Shown piece after piece: positions 16,110 to 25,348 of a DNA stretch of 37,473 nt; within the stretch, counting starts at the first letter, position 1; the number at the start of each line of letters is the position of its first letter. The notes below the pieces were generated by a model. The model made no database searches, was not told the DNA's origin, and saw only the letters and a program-made list of their open reading frames with translations. Origin of the DNA: a virus (Duplodnaviria; Caudoviricetes); IMG/VR virus record IMGVR_UViG_3300020043_002771, positions 1 through 37,473 of that record. One strand, written 5' to 3'. A program made the position numbers and the translations under genes.

Positions 16110-16322
16110 TTAATTTTTAAAAGTTTCATTATAATAATCTTCTCCATTTTTAATATGCTCAACCCATTGCACATCATAAGCTTTTATAATTTGCTGCTTT
16201 TCTAATTCAAAAAACTTATAATAATCATTTATAAATTTTCTACCTTCTAAAGTATTTGTATTAAATAAATTTGGGTGTTCAATTTCTAATTGACTAAATA
16301 ATTCTTGTATTGCTGTTTTCAT
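16110..16322 (-). CDS. Hypothetical early protein
   Basis: MKTA...EKQQIIKAY...EDYYNETF pattern, of a kind recurrent in Bacteroidota phages (from recall). Confidence 0.7.
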   Translation of the reverse strand: MKTAIQELFSQLEIEHPNLFNTNTLEGRKFINDYYKFFELEKQQIIKAYDVQWVEHIKNGEDYYNETFKN

Positions 16323-16365
16323 AGTTTATTTTTTAATTTATTTTCAGTTATTTTTTTTTATAAAA

Positions 16366-16427
16366 GGCGGATATAGGACTCGAACCTATACACTATTTAA
16401 ACTATTGCCTATTTCAGTCAATCCGCC
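16366..16427 (-). ncRNA. Minimal tRNA-like RNA lacking the anticodon arm
   Basis: Perfect 7-bp acceptor GGCGGAT/ATCCGCC, D-like arm ACT...GG...AGT, and perfect T arm ATAGG-TTCGAGT-CCTAT. Only about 11 nt lie between the D and T arms. Confidence 0.65.
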
Positions 16428-16437
16428 TTTTTATATT

Positions 16438-16611
16438 TTAAAGATTAATACCTCTTAACATTGTAATTTTTGCTAAATGATTGTCGTCTGAGCAATTAAA
16501 TTGTTTTTTTAATTCAGCTATTTTATTTGAGTTTAATTGTGTTTTAATAACTTTTAAATTTCTGTTATAAACTAATGCTTGATTTTGATATTCTAATTTT
16601 AAAGTTGTCAT
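16438..16611 (-). CDS. First early ORF (57 aa)
   Basis: Hand-translated MTTLKLEYQNQALVYNRNLK..., directly after the early promoter. Confidence 0.55.
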   Translation of the reverse strand: MTTLKLEYQNQALVYNRNLKVIKTQLNSNKIAELKKQFNCSDDNHLAKITMLRGINL

Positions 16612-16646
16612 AGTGTTTGTGTTTTTGTTTGTTGTTATTTCTTCAG

Positions 16647-16680
16647 CAAATATATAACAAGAAATTAATTAAACAACAAT
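16647..16680 (-). promoter_or_regulatory. Early host-sigma promoter
   Basis: TATATTTG (-7) with upstream TTG (-33-like) at the head of the early cluster. Confidence 0.7.
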
Positions 16681-16722
16681 AAATTAAAAAAAGTTTGATT
16701 TTAATGCTTATTTATACAAATT

Positions 16723-17178
16723 CTAAATAAAACGTGAGATAAAAATGCGGCGGTAGATGTAGAGAATAACCGCAATTATAAGGATCAACCAAAGCCACCA
16801 AAACGATTGAGTGCGCTCGGTGTGTTTCTTACTCGATTTCGTGCTATTTGTTGCACTTTGTTTAGTATTTCGTGTATTGTGTAGCGTTGTAGATTTCGAG
16901 CCTTTAAATCGGCTTATTTGCGTTCGTTTCTTAACACGGCCGTTTTTGATTGTTGTCTTTTTGCCTTGACTGTCTATAATAACAATAGGTTTAAGAGTGT
17001 CAACTGGCGTGATCTCAAACTCATCCGTGCAAATTGTGCTATCGATGTCCTCTTTTGTCTCGATTTTAGTCGAGTCAACAACTGAAATCTCGCTTTTTGT
17101 CTCGGTCTCGGTTGTGCTTTTGTTTACTTTACGCGCTCCGCAGCTCGCCAATAATAGCAATATAAATAAATATCTCAT
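16723..17178 (-). CDS. Probable unimolecular spanin (lipoprotein with C-terminal TM helix)
   Basis: Lipobox LLASC, Thr/Ser/Lys-rich middle, C-terminal FWWLWLILIIAVILYIY. Last gene of the lysis cassette. Confidence 0.7.
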   Translation of the reverse strand: MRYLFILLLLASCGARKVNKSTTETETKSEISVVDSTKIETKEDIDSTICTDEFEITPVDTLKPIVIIDSQGKKTTIKNGRVKKRTQISRFKGSKSTTLHNTRNTKQSATNSTKSSKKHTERTQSFWWLWLILIIAVILYIYRRIFISRFI

Positions 17179-17179
17179 T

Positions 17180-18184
17180 TTATCGGATTTTATTCTCTAC
17201 AATTCGCAAGTTGTTGACCTCGTAATCGCCATTTTTCTCAACGCGAATATGCGCAAAGCCGTTGTTCCAATTGTTATATGGCATATATTCGGGAGATAAT
17301 CCACAAAGCGCACCGACTGACCAAGTTGTGGTCACATCTCCGCTGAGATTAACCTCAGTATGCTCGCTCGTTCTATGGTGATGGCCTATGATACAACTCT
17401 CTTTGGCTTTCATATAAAGTCCACGCGCTGGGTTAACAGGCGGAGCAAATCCGCTGAAAAACTCATGGCCGTGTAATAGTGGCAATTTACCCGCCTTTGC
17501 GATTTGTTTACTCTTAACCTCTTGCACTCCGAACTCGCCAAAGCGTAAAATTGTGGCCAATTCAAAGTCGGGTATTCCCAACAACTCGGGAGCTTGTAAT
17601 TTTAGGAAGTTCTGCCAACGATCCTCGTGGTTTCCAATCTTATAATATATCGGGCATTGGAAATGGTCTTGTAAATTCTTTAAAAAGTTGCGTGTCATCT
17701 CCAACTCGTCGGCCATATTTCGCAATCGACGATCCTTGATAAATCGAGAGAGCATATACATGTCGATAGTGTCGCCATTTAAGTACACGCAATCGACCTT
17801 CTCAGCCTTGCCGTAGTCAATCGCCAATCGGAGAGCGTCGTTGTTTTGATACGGGAAGTGTATATCCGTTAAAAATAGGATATTTTTGTTTGGTACGATG
17901 ACTGTGCCTTGTTTCTCGTAATCGCTTTCGGGTAGTTCGAATTCTTTTGACATAAATTGTTTTTTTTCTTTTTCAGTCCGTTCTCCGATTGCGTCTTTTT
18001 GCTGCCTGTCTCCCTTCTCGTTTCGGTGCGTTCTCACAATTCCGCGAGCGTTGTCTATACTTGTGAAGTCAATCGGGTAGTCTTGGTGCAATAGCCTTGA
18101 GATTGCCATCGTTGAGGCCTTTGGAAACTTTGCGATATACTCTCGAGCGATTTCGCCCTTGTATGTGATTTTGCTATTCTCCAA
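17180..18184 (-). CDS. Calcineurin-like metallophosphoesterase
   Basis: DIH, GD..D, GNHE, HGH and GHHH motifs. Confidence 0.9.
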   Translation of the reverse strand: MENSKITYKGEIAREYIAKFPKASTMAISRLLHQDYPIDFTSIDNARGIVRTHRNEKGDRQQKDAIGERTEKEKKQFMSKEFELPESDYEKQGTVIVPNKNILFLTDIHFPYQNNDALRLAIDYGKAEKVDCVYLNGDTIDMYMLSRFIKDRRLRNMADELEMTRNFLKNLQDHFQCPIYYKIGNHEDRWQNFLKLQAPELLGIPDFELATILRFGEFGVQEVKSKQIAKAGKLPLLHGHEFFSGFAPPVNPARGLYMKAKESCIIGHHHRTSEHTEVNLSGDVTTTWSVGALCGLSPEYMPYNNWNNGFAHIRVEKNGDYEVNNLRIVENKIR

Positions 18185-18623
18185 AATATATATCAGCTTC
18201 GGCTTTACGTCTGATTGTGAGACCTTTTAAAACGTTTCCGCCTGCCTTGTTCCATTTCATAAACTCCTCACGGATTGACGGATCAAAGTGGTTGAAGTTG
18301 ACCTTACGCAATAGCGTTGATTTTTCAAAGTTGGCAGGGCCGATGTTGTACGTTAGTGAAACCAGCGCGTTAAATTGTCCTTGATCAAGCGGAGCCGTCA
18401 CAAGTTTACTCACTTTGGCCGCAAATTTGTCCGCTATCGTCTTAAACATCTCAAACGCTTCGAGTTCCGTGATTGGTTGGTCGAGTAAACTCACGCGCTT
18501 GCCGTTACTATAAAAAGTATTCCCGTAGCCAATCGTAGGCACCTTAATCGAATCGAGGTAAGGCTTAGAACTAAACCCCTCAAAGCGACAAATCAAGCGA
18601 TAACCTGCGGTATTTAGTTTCAT
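18174..18623 (-). CDS. Endolysin, GH24 phage lysozyme
   Basis: FEG.....YLD....TIGYG catalytic triad, QFNALVSL.YNIG and GL..RR..E. Confidence 0.93.
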   Translation of the reverse strand: MKLNTAGYRLICRFEGFSSKPYLDSIKVPTIGYGNTFYSNGKRVSLLDQPITELEAFEMFKTIADKFAAKVSKLVTAPLDQGQFNALVSLTYNIGPANFEKSTLLRKVNFNHFDPSIREEFMKWNKAGGNVLKGLTIRRKAEADIYFGE

Positions 18624-18913
18624 TTGCTGAATGCTTTAAATAATAAGGTCACAAGTGCAGCGGTAAACGCTACGGCGATGACTTTGGCTTGTTTGATGTA
18701 AACCTTAAGCTCGGCATCGTTATCCTCCAAATCAATTACTCGACTATCGATGTCCGATATTTTCCAAACAAGGCCACGAAATCCGTTGAGGTCATTACCT
18801 AAAAGAGCTTGCTTGATTTCTTTTATATCAGCTGAGCGAGTCTCGGAATCTTTTTTAATTTCTTTGATGTGTTGCTCAATGCGATCCAGTCGCTCGCTTT
18901 CAATATTGCTCAT
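18620..18913 (-). CDS. Holin/antiholin-like protein (coiled coil with C-terminal TM)
   Basis: One C-terminal hydrophobic helix and ATGA overlap with the endolysin. Confidence 0.55.
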   Translation of the reverse strand: MSNIESERLDRIEQHIKEIKKDSETRSADIKEIKQALLGNDLNGFRGLVWKISDIDSRVIDLEDNDAELKVYIKQAKVIAVAFTAALVTLLFKAFSK

Positions 18914-19107
18914 GCGTTAAATTTATTCGGTTGTGAAAGGTACAACTTAATCCCTCCCAATACTATAACTGAAATTTTAAGGATTGTTCCTACGTATACC
19001 GGTAAACCTAATTGACTAATCAACTCAACAAGCAAATCAGTCGTTTGGTCTAAGATTCCTAAAACGATTAAAACAATCGGCAGTAAATGCTCCTTAATTT
19101 GTTTCAT
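18910..19107 (-). CDS. Putative holin
   Basis: 65 aa with two hydrophobic segments, upstream of the endolysin. Confidence 0.6.
   Translation of the reverse strand: MKQIKEHLLPIVLIVLGILDQTTDLLVELISQLGLPVYVGTILKISVIVLGGIKLYLSQPNKFNA
18964..18987 (-). promoter_or_regulatory. Possible internal late promoter ACAAT-N10-TCAGTTATA
   Basis: One mismatch to the late motif with the same spacing, about 50 nt upstream of the 18913 start. Confidence 0.5.
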
Positions 19108-19231
19108 CGTCTTGCAGTTTAGCCGCTAATTTATCCAATATTTGGGACAAAGCAACAACGTCAGCCATTTGATAAACTCCCGCTTTTACTGCAATTTCAA
19201 TCGCTTGCTTAATTACGTTTAATTCTTCCAT
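19094..19231 (-). CDS. Small helical protein (45 aa)
   Basis: Hand-translated MEELNVIKQAIEIAVKAGVYQMADVVALSQILDKL... Confidence 0.55.
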   Translation of the reverse strand: MEELNVIKQAIEIAVKAGVYQMADVVALSQILDKLAAKLQDDETN

Positions 19232-19233
19232 CT

Positions 19234-19485
19234 TTAAAAAGTTAAAATAATTATTCCTTTATCATTTGCAACGCATTGCTCAACCCAAGTGTTATCGTTG
19301 CCCCAATTCTTAAACTCGTCATCGGTTAGCGTGTAATTCCAAGACGCACAAACTACACCCTCCTCAGTTAATAGTTCGTTGTAAGTTGTGCAAGTGTTTG
19401 CATCGGTTGGAAAGTTAAGGATTAAAACTTTAAGTTGTGTCGCTTCGCCTGTAAAGGGAAAGTTAATCGGTTGTATTTGTGCCAT
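19234..19485 (-). CDS. Small tail-fibre-associated protein
   Basis: 83 aa directly after the fibre gene. Confidence 0.55.
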   Translation of the reverse strand: MAQIQPINFPFTGEATQLKVLILNFPTDANTCTTYNELLTEEGVVCASWNYTLTDDEFKNWGNDNTWVEQCVANDKGIIILTF

Positions 19486-19490
19486 AAGTA

Positions 19491-21566
19491 TTATATTAAT
19501 GTGAATGTTTTAGTCACTCCGCCTATTTGCATTTTTAGATTTGTTCCATCAAACCAAATATCTCCGTTTGTTGGTGTTGTTGGTGCAGTTCCGCTTGGTA
19601 TTCTAAGCGAAGCCTTTGCCGTTGTTGATGCGCCTAATATAGTTATTCCGCTTGCCACTTCAATAGCTCTAAAATCAGCAGCAGCCGTTAAAGTAGGATT
19701 AATAAATAAACATCGTGTTATACCATTTGCGCCGCCTGTTTGATTTATTGTAGGGTCAATTAAAAATGAATTAAAAACACCTGTTCCGCTTGTTGGTATA
19801 AATCCTCTTGAAATATTTACTATTGTTCTTATTCCTGTTAAATTATTGGCATTTCCTTGTGCATTGCTTAAAACAACATCTGTTCCTGCATCATTTTGCG
19901 CTAAATTACCTCTAACAATAATTTGTTCTCTACCTGTTGTGCCACTTGGAAATACACCTGCAATTCCTGTTCCTACTGTTGCTCCAACAGTTAAAGAAAC
20001 AAAACCACTAACCCTCGCCGTACCGTTTACGTCTAATTTATAGCCTGCGTCGGTTGTGGTGTTTAATAAAAGATTTCCTGTTGATGTGATAGACATACGA
20101 GCGGCTGCACCGCCAACATCAAAACGAATTAAACTCCAATTCCCACTGCCAAATAATAATTCATTTGAAGCCGTTGAGCCAAAAACATTAGAAATACCTC
20201 CGCCACTTGTAATACTTCTAAGATTATATCCATTACCAAATAATATATTGCCTCCAACAACTTGTAATTTTTCTTGTGGTGAAACCGTTCCAATCCCTAA
20301 ACGATTATTTGTGTCATCCCAAAATAAGTTGCTATTGTCTTGCGCTATTGTCGTGCCATTTGAAAATAAAACGCTGCCGCTTGTGAGTGCAGGTAAAGTA
20401 AATTTATTATTAAATGTATTCCAATTAGTTGAACTTAAATAACCATCGGTTGACGTTGTCGCTTGCGTTATAGATAGCGTTCTATTTGCTGATAAATCAC
20501 CGCCGCCGCTTAATGGTGCAGTTGTGCTAATTGTACGTGCATCCGTTACAGGTGTAAACCCTAACCAAGACGCAATTGTCTTATTTACCCAAAGCGTGCC
20601 ATCAAATCCAAGTAAATGCCCGTTTATTGGCGTGGTTGTAATCAAATCGACGTCGTGAATTTCTTTTAATTCAAACCCGTTTTGCACCTTAACAAATATC
20701 TCACCATTCCCTGCGCTTACTTTTGTAACTATTCCGATAAAAACTAAGTGAGCAGGTGCATACGGTTTATTAGCAAGTCCATAAATTAAAGCACCATTTA
20801 CACCTAACCAAACAGGATCTCCTGCCGTAGCCGATGCCGTGTTTAATCCCTCAAGTAAACCCTCAGTTATCACAAACCCCGTTTGAGTGCCTCCAGTCGT
20901 TGTGATATCCGATTGCATTAGCCCCATAGTTTTGCTCGATGTCGCTTCGCTTGCATTACTTGCGCGACCTACGAGCATATTCGTACCATTTGAACCCGTC
21001 ACATATACCGCAGTCCCTTTGGTTATCGTTCCGCTTAGTCCGTTATTTTTAACGGTGTGTTTTACTACCGATGTCCAATCCGCATAGTTTTCCTGCCACG
21101 TTGCATTGTAATCAGTCGCGTCAACTTTGGTCAAAATTTGCCCTGCCGTTCCACCTATTGGCAGTCCATTTGTAGGTACAGGCACATCGGCCAAAGTGAT
21201 GAACGGATTAATTCCGTCCTCGCCGTCGTTTGTCAAATCACTCGTTGCAGTTGGTATTGTCGGCTTGTTTAAAATTTCAGCCACGCCTGTCGTCGCATCC
21301 CAGTCGGAATTGACTTGAGCCGCAGGGATTGTAGGCTTGTTTTTAATGTAGTCGGGAGCTTGGTTGTCAGTTTGTGTCCAATCCGACTGCACTTGCTCGC
21401 CAATTATGCGGTTGATATTTACCACATAATTATTCGGATTTGCTACGATGTCAACCACATCGACCGCAGCTTGTACGTTGATGTCGATGGTCTCAACTAC
21501 AACGGCTGCATTTACGACGATGTCGTTGATTGTGTCTTGTACTATAATGTTAACGTTGTCCGCCAT
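19491..21566 (-). CDS. Tail fibre / receptor-binding protein
   Basis: Gly/Thr-rich mosaic: QSDW/NSDW..I.NKPTIP repeats, GGTAGQILTK, APLSGGGDLSANRT, WDDTNNRLGIGT..P, YKLDVNGT. Start probably MADNV. Confidence 0.85.
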   Translation of the reverse strand: MADNVNIIVQDTINDIVVNAAVVVETIDINVQAAVDVVDIVANPNNYVVNINRIIGEQVQSDWTQTDNQAPDYIKNKPTIPAAQVNSDWDATTGVAEILNKPTIPTATSDLTNDGEDGINPFITLADVPVPTNGLPIGGTAGQILTKVDATDYNATWQENYADWTSVVKHTVKNNGLSGTITKGTAVYVTGSNGTNMLVGRASNASEATSSKTMGLMQSDITTTGGTQTGFVITEGLLEGLNTASATAGDPVWLGVNGALIYGLANKPYAPAHLVFIGIVTKVSAGNGEIFVKVQNGFELKEIHDVDLITTTPINGHLLGFDGTLWVNKTIASWLGFTPVTDARTISTTAPLSGGGDLSANRTLSITQATTSTDGYLSSTNWNTFNNKFTLPALTSGSVLFSNGTTIAQDNSNLFWDDTNNRLGIGTVSPQEKLQVVGGNILFGNGYNLRSITSGGGISNVFGSTASNELLFGSGNWSLIRFDVGGAAARMSITSTGNLLLNTTTDAGYKLDVNGTARVSGFVSLTVGATVGTGIAGVFPSGTTGREQIIVRGNLAQNDAGTDVVLSNAQGNANNLTGIRTIVNISRGFIPTSGTGVFNSFLIDPTINQTGGANGITRCLFINPTLTAAADFRAIEVASGITILGASTTAKASLRIPSGTAPTTPTNGDIWFDGTNLKMQIGGVTKTFTLI

Positions 21567-21568
21567 GC

Positions 21569-21892
21569 TTATCGTGTGATATCGTCGGTTATTGTAAAGA
21601 GTCCGCTGATCCAAGTATCAACCTCGCCACTGGCTTGAGTGATTTGAATATCATATTTATAGGTACAGGCTTGTATGTCGATGATTTGCTCATCGATACA
21701 AAACTCGCCATTGGTAGCGTCAAAAATAGTGATTGGCACCTCAAGCGCAACGACTCCGCCTGCCTCTTTTCTGAGCTGCATTTTGACATCGCCACCAGTT
21801 AGATTGAGAGGTGCCTCGTTAACGTTTATTTGAAAGTCCGTTTGTTTGAACGTGTCCCCTCTTTTGGTCGTGAAATTTAATGTCGATGCCAT
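21569..21892 (-). CDS. BppU N-terminal-like baseplate/fibre adaptor
   Basis: RGDTF...LNLTG...KMQLR...YKYDIQ...G.F.I..DIT pattern. Confidence 0.7.
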   Translation of the reverse strand: MASTLNFTTKRGDTFKQTDFQINVNEAPLNLTGGDVKMQLRKEAGGVVALEVPITIFDATNGEFCIDEQIIDIQACTYKYDIQITQASGEVDTWISGLFTITDDITR

Positions 21893-21955
21893 TTTTTAAA
21901 AATAGTTTTAATTTTTTGATGTTTTCCTCAGTCCGTTTGTCTACTTTCCGCATAT

Positions 21956-22465
21956 TTAGTATGGTTTATCGAGCCACCATTTGCCACACACTAAACGCGA
22001 GCGCAAAGGATTGACGATGTTATTGGAATTACTTACGTATTCGGGTAAATGAAATTTATTTAACCATCTCAACATTCGGTCTTGATACATTTCCGACTTC
22101 AATCGCATATTATTGACCAAGTAATCGACCTCAGTTTTATCAACCGCCACCGAGTTATCGGGTTGCGACTTAAATATACCGTTGTTATTTACTTTATAGG
22201 CCCCAATTAGGAGGTATTCTACTGCGCTTGCAGCGATTAAAAAAGGCTTGATGTAATCTTCGTACAAAGTCAAATAATCGTCGATTAAATCGTCGTTATC
22301 GAAGTCCTCGCAAATTTTATTGTATAACGTCTCGCCTAAAATCTCCTCCAATCGTGTGCGCTGAGCGTCTGCGATACAGGGGATATATAAGTCGATGTCA
22401 ATATTACCACCCAACATGGTATTTTTTGTGAGTTCGTTTTCTTTAAGTAGTATAATAGTTGCCAT
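21956..22465 (-). CDS. Putative head-tail adaptor
   Basis: Helical 169 aa protein directly after the portal, with AQ...L..ILG..LY. Confidence 0.6.
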   Translation of the reverse strand: MATIILLKENELTKNTMLGGNIDIDLYIPCIADAQRTRLEEILGETLYNKICEDFDNDDLIDDYLTLYEDYIKPFLIAASAVEYLLIGAYKVNNNGIFKSQPDNSVAVDKTEVDYLVNNMRLKSEMYQDRMLRWLNKFHLPEYVSNSNNIVNPLRSRLVCGKWWLDKPY

Positions 22466-24376
22466 TTATTGACGATAGTTTGGAGTTAATGACCAAAAAT
22501 TGTTTGACTCTGACGCAGTTTGTGCAACTTCTGGCTCGTTTTCTTGCCATCTCGCCATTGGTCGGTCTGCTGGATCAAGGTCTAAAATCATTTTTCGTGC
22601 CTCGTTTACGCTTATTTGTTTGTTGTTTTTACGCAAATATATCTTTCTCATCCAAAAGTGATTGCAATTGACGCCACCTTTATAGAGCCAAATGCTATAA
22701 TCGTCTGCGCCTTGTGGCCCAAATCCCTTATTAACACCTTTTGAGCCTGCCATTTCGATGTCCTCTTTGCGATAGGTACGTCCTGCGCTTACCATTTTTT
22801 GACAAAAGTCACGTTCTGCACCCAAACGGCCCTCGTAAGTATAGCGTATTTTGAAAAGCATCGTGTCTTGTTCGCTTGTGACATTTGGAAAACTTGCAAA
22901 TGACTTGGCTAAGTTCAAAGTTATTTCGTTTATTTCTAAATCGCCTCGCACTGGAATAGCGTCAACCTCAACCCACTCGTCTTCGTCTACAATTTCGCCC
23001 ATCTCGATAAGCGCGTCAGCAACCTCCGAGAGTCCGTTGTCATCCTTTAAGCAACAAACGTGTTGACTTAATTGCGTAACCGCTGCGGCCTGTTGCGAAA
23101 ATAACGCTTGCGCCACGCTTGCAGGGATATTTAAGAATTGAACCAAGAAAACAATCGCTTGCTCTTGTGTTAAAATACCCTCTTTTACTTTTGCGAAAAT
23201 ATCAATCGCCGAAGCGATTTGCGCACCGTTGTAAGAAACCGCTGCGTCGCTTGTCGTTTTGTCGAGGCCTGCATTTGTTGCGTCTGAAATAACTAAATCT
23301 TCAGCGCGTAAGCTCTCAAATTGTAAGTCCAAAGTAATACCATTCACGGCAAAAACTTCCATCAATCCGTCGAGGATTATCTCTTGCTTTGGTTTGATTA
23401 CGTTGATCATTAACTCCTCAAATCCTACTTTGATTTCGTCAGCCGTAGAACTAAATCCTTTTGAGGATGAAATACCTACGAGCATTTGAGAGGTTAATTT
23501 GTGCGACGTGCAAAGTTGTTGTCTTGCCTCCTCGCTCAAATATGCGTATTGTTGGTGTGCATCGCTAACCTCCAAAGCGGAGATCGTGATTTCTGAATCT
23601 TTGTTGTCGTTCCAATTTAAAAAGAATGCACCAGCGTTTTGTGATCCTGTTAAGTGATTACGGATTTGGCGTGTATTTTCTTGGATTGTCTCAATCGACT
23701 CTTGCACGCCTGCATTCATATTAATAATGTGGCCGAAGCTCAATCCGTTTTGAATGTGGTTGATTGAGTAGTTGCTAATTTCCTCCTCCATGCGCGCCCA
23801 AGAAATTCCCGACACATAACTTGGATTGGAATAGTAAAATTGGCCTACTTGGTAATCGCGAATGATATAAATTTCTGAGCGTTCGCCCATCCCTTCGCCA
23901 TAACCAAAGGCGTCAATGCGCTCGGGTTTATATTTGTTTACGTTTGCAAAATCGTAACTATAATAGTATCCTGTTATATCGCCCTCCTCGTTTGCAACTT
24001 CGGGAGCAATGCGTTGTTTTGCTACGTGAAAGCAACGTTGAATTTTGTTGTTTACATATTTGATTTCTATTGAAGCCTCGCCAAACATCTCGAAATCCTT
24101 GCATATTTTTCTTAAATCTTTCTTTGATAATAGCGAAATAATCGCGGCCCATTCGCTTGGCTTGCGTGCTTTGTCTTTTGATGTCAATCCCTTGCCATAA
24201 ATGAACTGCGAATAACTATCAATGATTGCCGAATTTGTAGGCGATCCGTTATAGGCGTCAATAATGACTTGATAAAACGAGTTTTTGTCTCCATTTAATA
24301 CCCATTTTTTACCGCTTACCTCCTTAATTTCGGGACGTATGTAGTTCGATAGGTTTATTACTTGTAATTTTTCCAT
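22466..24376 (-). CDS. Portal protein with C-terminal extension
   Basis: S.TNSAII...IYGKG, YYS.PSY, LTGSQNAG and VIKPKQ motifs. C-terminal RDFC...YKGGVNCNHFW domain. Confidence 0.8.
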   Translation of the reverse strand: MEKLQVINLSNYIRPEIKEVSGKKWVLNGDKNSFYQVIIDAYNGSPTNSAIIDSYSQFIYGKGLTSKDKARKPSEWAAIISLLSKKDLRKICKDFEMFGEASIEIKYVNNKIQRCFHVAKQRIAPEVANEEGDITGYYYSYDFANVNKYKPERIDAFGYGEGMGERSEIYIIRDYQVGQFYYSNPSYVSGISWARMEEEISNYSINHIQNGLSFGHIINMNAGVQESIETIQENTRQIRNHLTGSQNAGAFFLNWNDNKDSEITISALEVSDAHQQYAYLSEEARQQLCTSHKLTSQMLVGISSSKGFSSTADEIKVGFEELMINVIKPKQEIILDGLMEVFAVNGITLDLQFESLRAEDLVISDATNAGLDKTTSDAAVSYNGAQIASAIDIFAKVKEGILTQEQAIVFLVQFLNIPASVAQALFSQQAAAVTQLSQHVCCLKDDNGLSEVADALIEMGEIVDEDEWVEVDAIPVRGDLEINEITLNLAKSFASFPNVTSEQDTMLFKIRYTYEGRLGAERDFCQKMVSAGRTYRKEDIEMAGSKGVNKGFGPQGADDYSIWLYKGGVNCNHFWMRKIYLRKNNKQISVNEARKMILDLDPADRPMARWQENEPEVAQTASESNNFWSLTPNYRQ

Positions 24377-24380
24377 AAAA

Positions 24381-24689
24381 TTATACTTTTAAAACTCCTT
24401 TATTGAGTTCAAAATTCTCTAAGTCGGTTTGAGCCGTTGCATATGCTTTGCCTCGATATATTAATTCGTCATTTTCGTTGATTGTAACCTCAAACGATTG
24501 GCCCTCTTTCATTATCGGCTCGTCAAAAACCAACACTAAAACGTTGTTTTGGTAATAAACGCCAGTAACGGCGATTTCGTGAGTGATGTCTTTGGTTTCA
24601 TCGCGTAAAAAAAACGTGATTTCGCCACTATTGTAGCCTCTCGGGATGCAACGAAATTGATAAGGCGCAGTTAAATTGAATATCCACAT
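24381..24689 (-). CDS. Small beta-rich structural protein
   Basis: 102 aa, first gene after a late promoter. Confidence 0.6.
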   Translation of the reverse strand: MWIFNLTAPYQFRCIPRGYNSGEITFFLRDETKDITHEIAVTGVYYQNNVLVLVFDEPIMKEGQSFEVTINENDELIYRGKAYATAQTDLENFELNKGVLKV

Positions 24690-24718
24690 ACTATTATAAC
24701 TGAAATTTGTTGATTTGT
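24690..24718 (-). promoter_or_regulatory. Putative phage late promoter
   Basis: ACAAA-N10-TCAGTTATA-ATAGT-ATG. Confidence 0.75.
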
Positions 24719-24720
24719 AA

Positions 24721-24750
24721 CAAAAAACGCCCCTTGAAGGAGCGTTTTTG
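24721..24750 (-). terminator. Intrinsic terminator after the major tail gene
   Basis: AAAAACGCTCC/GGGGCGTTTTTT hairpin. Confidence 0.75.
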
Positions 24751-24770
24751 AGAACAAAACTATGAAAGAA

Positions 24771-25295
24771 TTAAGAAACAACTTCCTCAGAAACCAAAGC
24801 ATATAATGCAGTTACCATCGCACTCGTTAAGAATGGAGATAAGTTTGACTCCTCAGCAGCGATTGTCAAGGTGTAACCGCTAAGGTCTGCACCTGCTCCG
24901 CCTGTAACTTTTGTGCAGTTTGACATTGTGCCATTTGTTGCACCAATCAACATAATATTTCCGTTGTAATCCTCAACAAAAACTTGAGGACGTCCTGCGC
25001 AAATAAGTTGTACTTGAGCTTGTAAGTCAGCTGACAATTTTGGAAGTGTAACGGCCAAAGATTGAGCGTTTACAAAAGTTCCGTTGTCTTCTGAACTTGT
25101 ACCAGTTTCGGTCAAAGCGTTTGTTGTCGCTTTTACCTCGTATTTGAACACCTCTGCAAGTGTTCCAAGTGCGGTCAATTCTTGAGCTGCAATCGTGTAT
25201 CCGTAGTCGGCATAATTTGCAAAATACAAATTCTTAATTCCGCCACGTTGATCACGGCATCCAAGTAATTTTCCCGCTGAAATAAGACAGGCCAT
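24771..25295 (-). CDS. Major tail (tube) protein
   Basis: MAC.I..G....C....GGIK..YF, S.DNGT and TG....DLSGYTL motifs. Follows the capsid gene. Confidence 0.7.
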   Translation of the reverse strand: MACLISAGKLLGCRDQRGGIKNLYFANYADYGYTIAAQELTALGTLAEVFKYEVKATTNALTETGTSSEDNGTFVNAQSLAVTLPKLSADLQAQVQLICAGRPQVFVEDYNGNIMLIGATNGTMSNCTKVTGGAGADLSGYTLTIAAEESNLSPFLTSAMVTALYALVSEEVVS

Positions 25296-25312
25296 AAATT
25301 TTTTATGTATTT

Positions 25313-25338
25313 AAAACCGCCCCAATTAAGAGGCGGTC
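25313..25338 (-). terminator. Terminator/stabilising hairpin after the capsid gene
   Basis: ACCGCCTC/GGGGCGGT stem followed by Ts. Confidence 0.7.
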
Positions 25339-25348
25339 TTTGTTAATA

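Noticed and set aside
16344-16352. TCAGTTATT on the plus strand as a late promoter
   Set aside because: No ACAAA box at the fixed spacing and no downstream gene.
16366-16427. tRNA 3' fragment as an attP site
   Set aside because: No integrase is visible in the apparently complete unit, and both acceptor strands are present.
21250-21395. QSDW/NSDW..I.NKPTIP tandem peptide repeat
   Set aside because: A common tail-fibre shaft motif, explained by the fibre annotation.
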